This document shows positions 13,656-25,538 of a stretch of DNA of 64,000 nucleotides, in pieces. Every line of letters starts with the position of its first letter. Position 1 is the stretch's first letter. Made by a program: the position numbers and the translations under genes. The notes below the pieces were generated by a model. It had not been told where the DNA came from. It searched no databases and saw only the letters and a program-made list of their open reading frames with translations. Source of the DNA: Chromera velia (lineage: Eukaryota); assembly GCA_018398765.1 (NCBI GenBank), contig JAHBMJ010000046.1, positions 1 through 64,000 on the forward strand, in the 5' to 3' direction.

Positions 13656-14606
13656 GAGACAGTCAGACAGACAGACAGACAGACAGACAGACAGCAGGTT
13701 TTTTTTTTTTTTTTCAGACAATCATTCAGAAAGACAGACAGACAGAGAGACAGACAGGGAGACAGAGAAGTCTCTGAGGACGTCTTGACCTTTGGTCCCG
13801 TTTTCGGCGTAATGAACTTGGTGGGGTTCCACGTGGCTTCCTCACCCCTGCACACAATGGATTCAGCATGTATCCGGGTCGGTATAAGGCTAAGTGCATG
13901 GCAGAACGCAAGAATGCTGACAAGCGCGTCCAGTCGGCAAGGAAAGCGTATCAAACAACTCGAAGACTCACGACATGGTGCGCAATAGTTGAGGGCACTG
14001 GTCGATGAAAATGATGTGCACCTTGACGTGCTTGAGGGTCTTCGCCCAGTCTGTGAGGCTTCTGTCCTCCGCTGTTGGAGCTTTCTATGAGGCTCCGACC
14101 ATGATGACGTGTACCTCCAGTCCCGCTGGCACCCACTCGCCGAGTTTGACCTCCTTGTCAATTTTCTCTCCCAAAACCTTCAAATCCTGTTCTATCCCGC
14201 CAAGCACAAAAACCAACCTTCCCGTTTTGGGGAGGATGGCAGCCTTCTTGATGATGATGGCGTGCCCTTCGGACATGACCGAACAGTCTACGCCGGCCTG
14301 CATCTTTTCGCCCTCCTTTCTTCCCCCCTTGTAGTCCCTCCTGTCGACATCAAAGCCCCGGCACTCCAAACCGTCGTGCAGAAAGTCCCTGACCGACGAG
14401 AAAATTGGCTTTCCGTCGGCGGCAAATGCCGCCTCCAGCCAAACCTCCTCGCAGAGCTGCAGTCCCGCAGCATCAATGGCAGAGACTGCCGTACTTAAGA
14501 AGGTGTTGGGCGTTGTCAACCACTCTTTCTCTTCCGCAGGCTTATAAAGCTGGGCAATGTCAAACAGAAAAACAACACTGTCACGCGCATCCGACTCCGA
14601 ATTCAT
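10398..14606 (-). CDS. NYN (LabA/DUF88, PIN-like) domain protein with C-terminal coiled coil; in-frame TAG at 14085-14087 (possible pseudogene)
   Basis: From ATG 14606: VVFLFDIAQL ... GFDV...QAGVDCSVMSE ... LVFVLGGIEQDLKVL ... GLEVHVIMVGAS*KAPTAEDRSLTDWA...IIFIDQ, which follows NYN motif order (DxxN, KGVD, SGDxDF, V.V, S..L...A.F). Later exon candidates: GEEATWNPTKF, EEIARALKWQPAK, FLRNAVPKMDMW, ERIEGVAPL, ELVQENETLRKEKR (coiled coil), APSHDTR...SLP-TAA at 10398. Downstream exon joins are tentative. Confidence 0.6.
12767..13433. repeat. 35-bp minisatellite, ~19 copies, probably within an intron of the NYN gene
   Basis: Unit GCATTGAACAGA(CAGAA/GAGGA)AGAAGCGGCAGGACCCAC with two main variants; no spacers. 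Confidence 0.95.
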
Positions 14607-14793
14607 TTTCGTACTTTTAAAAAAGTCCTTTGCCAGGAGACCCTGAAAGCACAGAAGACAACGCAACTACCTCGTTCATGTGGTGCTCTCACCCGTACCT
14701 GTAGTGGCTGTGGCAGTCGAGCTCAAGCAACACCGTAACTCTTCCTGATGAAAGGCTATACACAACCCGTTGTTTCAAGGTCAGTCAATTAAT

Positions 14794-14819
14794 TGCATGC
14801 ATGGGCCGTCATGCATGCA
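14794..14819. promoter_or_regulatory. Two TGCATGCA palindromes in a putative bidirectional promoter
   Basis: Exact TGCATGCA at 14794-14801 and 14812-14819, between the divergent NYN and DUF3825 genes. The motif is a known ApiAP2 binding site in apicomplexans. Confidence 0.45.
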
Positions 14820-15337
14820 GGGGTGCATATATGTCGGGGACCATGCACGCGCTGCATATGCCTCCGGGGCCACCCGCGGCCTGTCCGGGGCCTGCATGCC
14901 GGTGAAGAGAATTAAGGCTAGGAAGAAGGACAACGATGAACAACGTCGATCTGGCACGAGTTTGGAGCCTAAATTGTAGGTGCGATGATAACTTCAATCA
15001 GCTCCAGGGGTTGGCTCGTGACCTGCTCTGTGGTATGAAAGTGAAACAGTGACGAAAGCACACGCAGCTTGCAGTGGTTGAGGAGTTTTCAGCTGATTTG
15101 TGCGAGACAGACTTTGTCTGGCGAGGGCTGATTTGTTCAGTCTCGTGCAACGTTCCGTCCCTGCATCAGCTGTCTCTTGTTTCATATTTCTGGATTCGCC
15201 CGTCTGAACAAGTTTGTTTTTTCGAGACACGTTCCACAACACCACGTTCCCAAGAAATTCCTAAAATTGCAGAGAAAAACGGACCAGTTGATTCGCTGAT
15301 CATTCCCCCGACAACAAGTCTTGCTCTTCGGTTGTAA

Positions 15338-18300
15338 ATGGAATTTCGTTCCTTTCCGAAGAGCAGACCGCTCCATCTCCCTTCGCAGGGAGAGGCCTTG
15401 CAGAGCTTGATAGAGAAGGCACAGGCAGAGTGCTGGGGTCCCCGGAATCGAATACTCGTTGCTTACTTGAATAACACCTTTGCGCACCTTTACTTTGAAC
15501 AGTCCGAAGAGCAGAATGGTGCCACCTTGTTCAAGCTCGGCCATGATGAACAGACAAGGGGCGAAGGTTCTGGATATGGGGGACAGCTTTTGATTTTCAA
15601 CACAGGACTTTGCACAAACAGTTGGCAAGACATTTTTGGTTTGGTGGAACGAACGTCAGTAGAGCCTCCTGTCTTTGACGTTTTGGCATTCCATACCGAA
15701 CCCGAAGTTGCAACAGACCCCCGTTGTACCAAGTTCCCCCGTCTACCCACCCGACTGCAGTACCATTCCGACTTCAGAGAGTTGATTTTCGATCCACGTA
15801 TTCAGGAAGTGCTCTGCCCAACCGAACAGATCCTAACTGACAAGAATGCGCACGGCCGTCTTGCCGCTGCGTGTCCTTCGTTGGCAAAAGCCTTCCTGCG
15901 CCACTGTTTCGAATCCGCAGTGCAGGCTGCGATCAAGAGGGCTAGATGGAGCCCCCGATCTGTCTGCCCCCATTTTGCCGCTGCCTCCAACGATCAGTCA
16001 GTGACACCCGGCTCCGTTCAGTTCCTTCTTCCTGTCTGTATGTCAGACGAAGACCCGTCCCCCTCCTTTGCCCTGTCTCTCCAGCGTCAGTGGAAAGACG
16101 AACACCAAACCCGAACCTCATGGGAACCCCAAGACTCCAAGTACGTAGTCACAACCATTCTGACCCTGGAGATGGCATACCTGAATGCACGACTCCTCGG
16201 TCATCCCGAAAGCTCGTGGCTCCGTCCCGTTCCCGTCCCTCTAGCACTTCCGAGCCAAGCGCAAGTCCCACCCCCCCTTCAGCAGCAGAATGCCCTTGGC
16301 AGCCGAACTGAAACCGAAGCAGAATCCGGTTTTGCGCTCCCTCCCGACGACCTGAAGAAACTGCTGGTTGAGAAACAGACGAATGTTTCTGCACGTCAGA
16401 CTGATCCCTCTTCCTCTCCCGGAGCCCAAGCCGAATCCTTCTACCAGCTTTTCCCCACCAACACCACTGAACCAGACTGTCGAACCCCAGTAGCTCGTGA
16501 TGGAAACATTTCACACGGACTGTTTTCCTCCAGTGCGGTGGAGTCCGATGCTTTGTCTGCAGAGCAGACAGATCGCCATGGCACGGAAATAGAAACAGAC
16601 CCCGACAGCATTCTGCAACAAGCATGGGATGAGATGGTGTTGAGTCAGGATGACGGATGGGAAGAGAACGCTGCAGCGGTATCTCCCACATTGGAAAGTG
16701 GAAAAGAAGGAGAAGGAGAGATGCACAGACAGGAGAATATCAATGGGAAAGGGGGAAGTACGAACATGACAAAGATCCTGCCAAGACCTCCGAGAGAGCC
16801 CGAGAACTCTGTTGACACTCCGACCGTCACAGCTTCAGAGTCGGGGCAGGCAGGAGACATGCGTGTGGAAGATGAAATCTACAAACCGCCTGGAGTGCTC
16901 AGGTCCCTGCAGGTGAGTGGGTGCATACGTGTGTGTGCGTGTGTTGTGTGAGAGAGAAAGCAACAGAGCAGCGGGGGAGCGGGAGGAGGGCATAAGTAAG
17001 AAAAGTGCAGAAGTAGGTGAGAGCCTCCAGAGTGATTCGGGAGTTTGTGATACTGACTGTCTCCCCGCCACGACTCGCAGCGCTGCTCTCTCTTCCCCCC
17101 TCGCCCTTTTCGTCTTGAATGTTTGTGGACGTATTGCTCTGTCGTCGAATTCTTGAGCTGGTACTGAACCTTTCCTCCCTCCTTGTTCTGTTGGCGTGTT
17201 CTCTCCTCAAAGGGTCAGAGATACCACTCTCTCTCTCTCCCTCTCCCTTTCCTCAGCTCCTCCTTGTCTCCCTTCTTTTGTTCCTTCCGTGCCACCGGGA
17301 AAGTGTTTTTTCCCGTCCATGTCTTACTTCTTCACGTCCTTTCTTGTGTTCTTCTGCTTCCTTTTTGTCTGTCCGGCCGTTTGCAGGCTCCCGCGCTCCC
17401 CCCCCCTCGCACAGCAGACGATCTCAAGCCAAGCCTGAAGGGCCCCCTCCGCAAGTACGAACCCGAGGGGCCGGGGCCCCGGCGTGACCCCCGCATCCCC
17501 CCCCACTTCTATGCAGGATTTGCGAGGGAGGGGTGCGAGGACATGCTTCCTTGCAGGTTCGAGCTCGAGTCCATGGATTCGTGTGAGTTTGGAAGCACGT
17601 GCCGAAACGCGCACCATATCGGTGAGATGAGCCGCCGGTGGAAAAGCATGGAGTGTCCTGATCACGCGAGAGGGGAGTGCAAGTGGAGTGGTGAGAAATG
17701 CAACTATAGGCATGATGGAGAACCTGCCGTGCTCTGGCCTGAGAAGCGCACGGGGGGGAAGGGAAAGGACGGGGGTCGGGGTGGTCAGAAGGGTGGGGAA
17801 GGAGACCGGTTCGGTCTCGGTCCTTCACGCGCTGGTGCCCTGAGGGTGTTGGGAAGTGATAGTGCAGACTGGAGACAGAGGGAAACGAGAGATGAAGGAG
17901 ACGGAGACAAAAAAGTGAGGCGAGAGGAGACCCATGATGTTGCAGAGAAAGAGAAAAGAGACGGCCGTCGAGAGGCGCGTGAGGAAATTGAAAGAGACAG
18001 AAGGGAGAGAGGGCAGGACAGAAGGCGCGAAGACAGGCACGAGGATAGGCGTGAAGAGAAAGAGAGAGAGCGGAAGGAGAGGCGTGAGGACAAAGGTGGG
18101 GAGAGGGAGAGGGAGAGAGAGACCGAAAGGGATAGACGCGATAGGCGTGTAGAGGCAGAGAGGGACAGGAAAAAGAGGGGTGACGAGACAGAGAGAGACC
18201 GCAGAGACAGGCGTGAGGACAGAGAGGGGGGGACAGAAAGAGACAGGCGCGATAGGCGTGAGGAGGCAGAGAGAGACAGGAGGGCGGTGCGTGACGAGTC

Positions 18301-18676
18301 AGACAGAGACCGGAGGGAGAGGCGTGAGGGCAGGGGGGGAGACAGGAGAAGGGAGAGGCGTGTGGACAGAGACGGAATTGAAGACGCAGACTGGCGTCGT
18401 GACAACCCAGACACGAGGAGAGAAGTTGCGAGAGGCAGAGGGGACGGGGGGCAAGGACAACGAAGGCGCAACAGCGATTCCTTCAGTCCCCCCTCGACTT
18501 TCAACTTTACCGACACTGTTTTCCGAAACGCCCACAGTCCCAAGTCTCGTCGCTCTGGCCCCTCTTCAACCAGGGACAGAGACAGAGACAGAGTGCCTCC
18601 CTCGTCTCGTCACCGCCTCCCCCGCAGTCCTTCACCCCGCCCTCGTCCTTTGAGGAGTCCTGGGAGAGGTCGCTGA
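15338..18676 (+). CDS. DUF3825 domain + two CCCH zinc fingers + RD/RE/RS-rich tail (~954 aa, 2 exons: 15338-16912, 17387-18676)
   Basis: DUF3825-type motifs: ILVAYLNNTF, LIFNTGL, LIFDPR, AIKRARW..SVCPHF, VQFLLPV, YVVTTILTLEMAYLNARLLGHPESSWL. A phase-0 GTGAGT...TTGCAG intron joins the two ORFs in frame. Zinc fingers are C-x9-C-x5-C-x3-H and C-x7-C-x6-C-x3-H. Confidence 0.8.
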
Positions 18677-19429
18677 GCAGAGGGGAGAGGGAGAAGAGAA
18701 CAAAAAGGGTTGAGTGTGTGTGATTCGGTGCACTTGCTTGGTCTCAATCTGGATGTGAGCAGGCAGTCGTTCCGTTCCATTAGGACAGTCCGACTAAATC
18801 CTGATTCCCTGAAGTCTCTGCTTTGCTCCCTCTCTCCCTTTCTCTCTCGCTCCCTCCTTCTGTCGATCAACACTCCAGAGTCATGCCATAGAGGATCGAA
18901 GCGTCGTCATTTCTGATTTTCTGTCCTCCCAGTCGATCGTTGTCTGTCTGATCGATCATTGATGGGTGGTTGGGTGAGTGGGTGGGTTGGTCGATTGACT
19001 CGTTTGAATTTTGGGGGCCTTCCATTCCGTTCTCCGTGAGTGGAATGGTGAGTGGTATTGGGATGCGTGTTTTTTGTTGCATGCACGAATGTGAAGGGGG
19101 GGAGGGTGAAGTGGGAAAGAAATCTTTTTTCGGGCAACATGTAAGAGCTTTGTACAGCAAAAGTGGCAGAAGGGGAATGAAGTCCGTGTGCGTATGGGGG
19201 ATCGATCGGTGTGTGGGTGTTCTGCTGGTAGGGAAAGGAGAGGTGAGGTAGGAAGGGATTGAATTCAAATCGAAGGGCTCGCTCTGTTCGTGTTGGGGGT
19301 TGAGGGTAATGAGGGGGGTCTCTGTGCCTAGCTGCCTCCAGCACGTACCTGGCCGTGTGATCCTTCGAAACTGTATTAGGGACTCCGTTCTCTCTGTCTG
19401 ACTGTCTTTTGCTAGTCTTTTGGCGCCTA

Positions 19430-19980
19430 GGCGACGCACAGTGGTAAAAAAAAAAAAAAAAATCTGAAAACGTCTATTCTTTTTTTTTTTTTTTTTTAAA
19501 ATTTTTTTTTTTTTTTAAAAAAAAATAAAGGTTAAATGACTAGCTTCAACATGCTTCAACTAGAGTTTGAACTAGAGTTTGAATCATATCTAGGATCCCA
19601 GTTTCACTTTTAGTTTGGTAGACGCTTAAAAGGATTGACCAAAACTAGCTTCGACTAGAGCTTCGAAATGTATATCGTCCTAGATATCATCAAAGAGCCA
19701 GTCAAAGAACTTCTCCTCTGTCTGCTCTTCTGTCTGCATCTATGCATCCATCCTTCTTGTCACTCTTTACATAGGATAAAAGAGAGCCCCCTTTTCCCTT
19801 CGCCCGCCCGCTCGCCTTCGTCCCTGCAAGTTTGCGAGGAAGTTAGTTTAAAAGTACTTCTAAAAGGTGCTCCTCTAGGTGCTCCTAGAGGTGCTCTAGG
19901 AAATCCTTCATAGAAAAAAAGAAAAAAGAAAAAATCTGGAAAGGTCTATTTTTTTTTTTTTTTTACTATTGTGCGTCGCC
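19430..19980. mobile_element. Non-autonomous TIR element (MITE-like), ~550 bp
   Basis: Left end GGCGACGCACAGTGGTAAAAA; reverse complement of right end GGCGACGCACAATAGTAAAAA. Flanked by TA (or CTAG) on both sides. Internal direct repeat AAAAATCTG(A/G)AA(AC/AG)GTCTATT. A third end-like copy lies at ~7675-7690. Confidence 0.75.
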
Positions 19981-21102
19981 TAGTTTGGCGCTTGGTTGAC
20001 TTGTTTGGGTCTTGCTTGAAGCCAGACTATCGATCCTTCAGGATGAATTGGATCGTTTTGATACAGAGTTGCCTCCCGAATGGGCGTTGCTGTCCATCTG
20101 CATCCATACTGCGGACTATGCATCATTCTGCAAATTGTGGGAATGGTGGAATGTATGCGCATGTGTGTAATCGTGTGCATTGTGCGCATAATTATCATAC
20201 ACTGGCAGTTGGAAGAGGATAAAAGAGATCGAACAGAAAATTGCGCTGGATTCAAAATCCAGGGTTCCGTTCACCTCAATCTGACTGGATTGACACTTGG
20301 TAGCTTACTTGGATTATTGGTTCCAACTTGGTATATAGCGCTTAGAAAACATTTCTAGAAACATTTTATTATTTTTAAAAAAGTTTGCTTAATTAAGATT
20401 ATATGATAGATTAATTTAGCCCTAGATTTAGCCACATTCAAGTTCTAGGCTATATCACAGTCTAGGTTTCGTGATTCAAGTTGTGTATATTTCTAAGTAT
20501 ATTTTCTCATTCAAATTTAAAATATACATAATTCAATAGATATAATTTAATATAATTTAACAATTTTAACTAATTAATTAATAGCTAGACTAACAATTAA
20601 AAAGACTAAGAAACGGATTAAATTAATGTTAAAGACGTCTCCACGGTCTCCTAATTATTATTATAATTTATAGTAATTGCATCATTAGGTTGGCTAGAGC
20701 CTATATGGCTTACCAGCTTTAACCTCATACATCATCATCATCATCATCATCAAGAGGAAGCCTAGGAGGAAGCTAGTGACTACTCCAATAAGGAAGTCAG
20801 CCCCAACTGAAAAATTGCTTCTCATAGTATTATGAGAATACACTGACAGTCAGTGGCAGAATTGACGTTAACCGCTAGGGCAGCCGCTAAATTAGCTACG
20901 TACGACTTAACCTGTAACAGCGTATTAAACCTGTTTGCTAGCCCGTTTGTACTAAGTCTATAATAAAATGGTCATAAACTCATAGCATAGTAGCCCTGCT
21001 AAGCAGTGCTAGAGCTACTATTTCTGAGCTAGTGCTAGAGGCAATGCTAGCTCTGAAGACAAATTAACACAGCGGGAAGGCGCCTTGTACAGAATTTAAC
21101 TG

Positions 21103-21143
<41 letters not shown>

Positions 21144-22198
21144 CGAATCAATCATCGCTATGGCTATATTAGCTAGCTCCTCGAACGATGGCAGTGAGGC
21201 TAATGAAGCGCTCCATCGGGATTTGATAAAAAAAAAGAAGAAAACAAACGAAACAAAAAAGTCCCTCTGTGGGCCGGCGGAGGGGGCAGGGAAGCAGGCG
21301 AGGCTCAAGAAGTGGGTGGTGCGGGAAAAAGAAGCGGGGAGAGGCGAAGCCTGTCAAGGAAGCCTGTACATGTAGTGCAATGTCACACTATCAGTGTGAC
21401 AGTGTTGGGTACGGTGAAACAAGAAAGCAGCAGAGAGACGGCCAGCCAGGACGAGACAGATAAATTGTGGGGGGAGAAACATACAGCGCCGTGACACCGC
21501 TGGAGAGACAGCCTCAGACAAGGGAAAGGGAAAGAATGGAAAACAGAGGAAGGCAGAAAAAAATAATGCTGGATGCCAGCGGATATAAAAGAGGTCGAAA
21601 TACAGCGAAATGGTCGGAGAAGACCGCGCGGATCACCCTTTTGTGTTTTGATGAGCCCTTGGTGCACCCACAGACAAGCACATGCATAAACGGAGAGACA
21701 TGAAACAGAACGACGAAAAAAAAAAGAAAGGGCAAGCTGAGAGAAAAGGAAAGATTGATTGCGGCAGTCCATCGTCGAGGCGGCGGAGACAAAAAGCAGT
21801 TCTGCCTTGTCTTGGGCTGTATTGGTGTTTTGAATTGATCGATCATTCATATGTTAAAGATTGAAATATGCACATGTGGTCTTTTGATGGTTCTTATTTG
21901 TCTTTACACAGGACGTATGGAAAAATGGAAGCAGCGGAAGAAAAGGAAGGGGAAGCGGCCGGCAAACCTCCTAGAGACGGCACCATTCAAGGGTGAAAGT
22001 TCAGTTGTGATGCGAAAAGAAAGGGACCCCCTCCTGTGTCAAGGAGCTTGGTTCTCTCCTTCTGCTCCTGCCTTCTTTTCTTTGTTTTGGGCCTGATCAG
22101 ATTTTCTTCTTTTCTTCAAAGGGCAGCCGGTTCCCGCCCGCTCACCCCACGCAACGGTCTGTTCCAGCGTGAGTGTCTGTGGGGGAGTGCTTCTCTTA

Positions 22199-22762
22199 TT
22201 AGACCTCCAGGGTCACAGTGATGTGCGTTCGCGGTCTTCGATACCTCTGCAACCTCCCTCTCCCTGCGAACCTTGCACGCCTGACCTTAGGCCCTCGGTG
22301 CGCTTCACAGCTGTGAATTCTCGGACGAATGTTATTGCTGCCGTAGATGTCTCTCGCATTCGCCAAGGCTGTCTTGATGAGGTTCCACACCAAGTAGCCA
22401 GGGCGTCGCGGAGACCATTCCAGAATCGCCAATGCCTCGACAACCGATCGCCCCCTCATCTCCGACAGCGTCCTGCGCACTTTGATGTCGGAAATATTGG
22501 CGTTCTTATGGGTGGACGTGACCAGCCGTTTCCCCTCGACTTTCGGGTTTTTCCATATTTGAGCTCTAAGAACTGTTGGTGAATCTGCTGGGGACGCTGA
22601 TGTTATCAGCTCAGATGCTGTGGTCAAAAGTGGAGGCTGGTCCTGTCTCCTTGTCCTGCCACGAAGGTGGAGAACATTGTCAGGAGACAAGAACGCGCAG
22701 GCTTCCCAAGCAAGAAGCAAAAAAATGAATCCAACACGAATGCTTCCTCCCATTCCTTTCAT
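22199..22762 (-). CDS. rpl22: Plastid-targeted 50S ribosomal protein L22 (uL22c), intronless CDS
   Basis: C-terminal uL22 domain (NANISDIKVRRTLSEMRGRSVVEALAILEWSPRR...ALANA...RARFAGRGRLQRYRRPRTHITVTLE). N-terminal signal peptide (VGFIFLLLAWEACA) followed by F and a transit-like region. Confidence 0.9.
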   Translation of the reverse strand: MKGMGGSIRVGFIFLLLAWEACAFLSPDNVLHLRGRTRRQDQPPLLTTASELITSASPADSPTVLRAQIWKNPKVEGKRLVTSTHKNANISDIKVRRTLSEMRGRSVVEALAILEWSPRRPGYLVWNLIKTALANARDIYGSNNIRPRIHSCEAHRGPKVRRARFAGRGRLQRYRRPRTHITVTLEV

Positions 22763-23681
22763 CGCATGCCGCTGTCCTGTCTGTTTCTTCTCTGCTTGCA
22801 GGGAGACAGAGATGCTGACGGGTGAGCCCTTGACGCAACACCCGGGTAAGACCAACTGTTGCTGACGGCGGCGGTTGAAACGTCTCCTATCAACCAAGCC
22901 AAACGAAAAGATGTAACCTGCGAGGAGATCAAAGTCAAGTGCTTCACCATCTCAGATGAAAGGGAACAGCAGGAACACCCAGGCTGTATAGACGCTCAGC
23001 CGCTCAGCCAGTCTGATGAAGGAAGTTCCCCGACCGCGCATGACCGCGCCGGATCAGCAAAAAAACTTTTTTTTTTGTCAATTAAACGCGGTCAAGTTAT
23101 TGCTGCTTGAGTCGCGCGTGTTGATTGGCGCGCAAAGCGAGCGCACTTCCCTCCTTCGATCCTTTTTGCAAGGCGCCGCGGGCCCCAATAAAATTTCAGT
23201 GCATGCGGCATGCATGCATGCAGAGCTATATATATATGTTACTATATATATATAGCTAGATCACGAGGACGAAAACGCACACGCTATCCACGCTGACGGA
23301 GGATTCAAGACCACTGCGAAACCGACGCCGTGCTTCCAAAGATCTTCCAGAGTTCTGCTTGAGTTCGGCAGGCCTTCCTCTGACGAATCGTCCCTCCGAG
23401 GAACAACCGTCTGTCCGTCTCGCCGCTTTTGACTGATTGGTGCGCCTGAACAACAAAGGATGAGTCTCAGTGAGCACAGCAGAACCGAGGGACAAGAAAA
23501 AGACCCCTTCGAGGGCCTCACCCTTCGAGAGTATGCCTTCAACCCCCTCAAAAGTGCGTACTGGGAGGCTGCATGCATTGAAACGCAATGACTTCTCTCC
23601 CCCCCCCCCCNCCGTGTGTGTGTGAGAGAGAGAGGGAGAGAGAGCGGAGGCACATGAATGCATGCGTGCGTGTGTGTGAGA

Positions 23682-23734
<53 letters not shown>

Positions 23735-23811
23735 CAGGGGTACATGAATGCATGCATGCGTGCGTGCGTGCGTGTGTGTGTGTGTGTGCGTGTGTGCGTG
23801 TGTGTGCGAGA

Positions 23812-23833
23812 NNNNNNNNNNNNNNNNNNNNNN
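23812..23833. other. Assembly gap (22 N) within compound GT/GA microsatellites
   Basis: N run; one further N at 23611. Confidence 0.99.
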
Positions 23834-24076
23834 GTGGGGTCATGTCTGAGTGTCTGGGTGTCTCCAAACAGAAAAGAAGAAGAAAAGAGATCAAATGGTC
23901 TCCTGCTCGTTATTCTTATGGTTCGTCTTTCTTCCCATCTATGTGTCTCAAAGTCGTCCGGTCGCTGGGTCGGTCGGTTGATGCGGTCTGCCTGCCCATT
24001 TGTCTGTGTCTATTTTTCCGTGCGGCTTTTTTGGTCGATCTGTCTTTGTTCGCGTCTGACTTGTTTGCTTCCATTC

Positions 24077-24145
<69 letters not shown>

Positions 24146-25451
24146 TCTCTCTCGCTCTCGCTCTGATGGGGGGTGGGTGGGTGTATGTGTATGTGTGCAT
24201 AATCATGCTCGTTGGCGTTGTGTCTGCCTGACTCTCTGTTCTTTGGTTTCTGAGTTTTTTCTCCCAATTCGTCTCTTTGCCTGCAAAGTCACACCGCGAG
24301 CCACGTGAATATTTTTCACCTTTGCTTCTTGATTCTCGGCAATCTCAAATTTTGGTATTCTTTTCTCTCACCTCGTGTGCGCAGTGTCCCCAGTCTCGGA
24401 AAAGCCGACCAAGCACGACCCTGCCCTTCTGGTCAGCCCAGTAGCTGCGTTTGTTTTCTCCCATGGTCTGCTTCTTTCCTTCTCGGCTACTCATCTGCAG
24501 ATCACGTGAACAGTGCTAAATACGACTGTTCTTTGCAGACAGCTCACCCCTTCACTATTTTGGGGACACAAGAAACGTGCAAGACAGCATTCTTAGCCAT
24601 ACAACACCACGCGGCTCTTTTGTTGGGTTTCCTACTTCGTCTGTGCCCCCCCATCGGATTTGCACAAAATTTGCGTATGCAGGTGAGGACGCTGCATGAG
24701 ATCGGCCTGGAGAACACGGCGCGGAATCTTCCGAACGTCTCTGAGGACATCAAGGGGAAAATCTCCACGCTGGGTGCCACACCTCTACAAGTGTGTCTGT
24801 CCCTTTGTTGCCTTTTTATTTCTTCGTTTCTCAGAGAGCATGCTTGCGGTGGGACCGCTTGTGAATTTAGGAGAGCGCCTGCGAGCTCAAATTTTGTCTC
24901 TTCTCGTTTGTCTTCCATCGAGCCTTTTCGGGGGCACTTGGAGGGGAAACCCCACAAAGGAATAAAAATATGTCACAATAGTGTCCGACCCCGAAATGTG
25001 ATTCATGCGTTGCACATGTCTTTTCGTAAAAGAATATGTGTATCGCACAGCTTCGATGGCTCCCCAGACCGAAGTAACTCATAGAAATGACTGCGGGTCG
25101 TCCTCTCGTTTGCAATAGTCCTGCAGTACAACCCGCAATTCATGGGAAAGGTCGGAAAGTCAAAGACTTGGGGAAAGTCTGCGTCGGAAGCCCGCACGCT
25201 CTTAACTATGGATCACTCACTGTCTGCAGAAATTTGACTATCCCTGCACTGGAAACATGGAGTACGGCTGGATGCATCAAGAAACGACGGTCAGTGAATG
25301 AATGAATGAATGAATGAATGAATGAATGAATGAATAAATGGACGGCTGCCTAATTTACCGCGTGTCTGCCAACTTGCAGTGTTGTGCGCCAATTTTTCTT
25401 CGGCTGTTCTCTGATCTGGGCCTGTCTCTCGCACGGAAAATTTGACCCGGC

Positions 25452-25538
<87 letters not shown>

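Noticed and set aside
17785..18543. Ser/Leu/Arg-rich minus-strand ORF
   Set aside because: It is the antisense shadow of the RD/RE-rich exon.
19983..20300. Protein-like stretch (VLLEARLSILQDELDRFDTELPPEW...) right of the TIR element
   Set aside because: Short, bounded by stops, and no recognisable transposase or other motif.
23640..23811. Tandem duplication of ACATGAATGCATGC-(GT)n-(GA)n
   Set aside because: It is adjacent to an N gap and low complexity, so it may be an assembly artefact.
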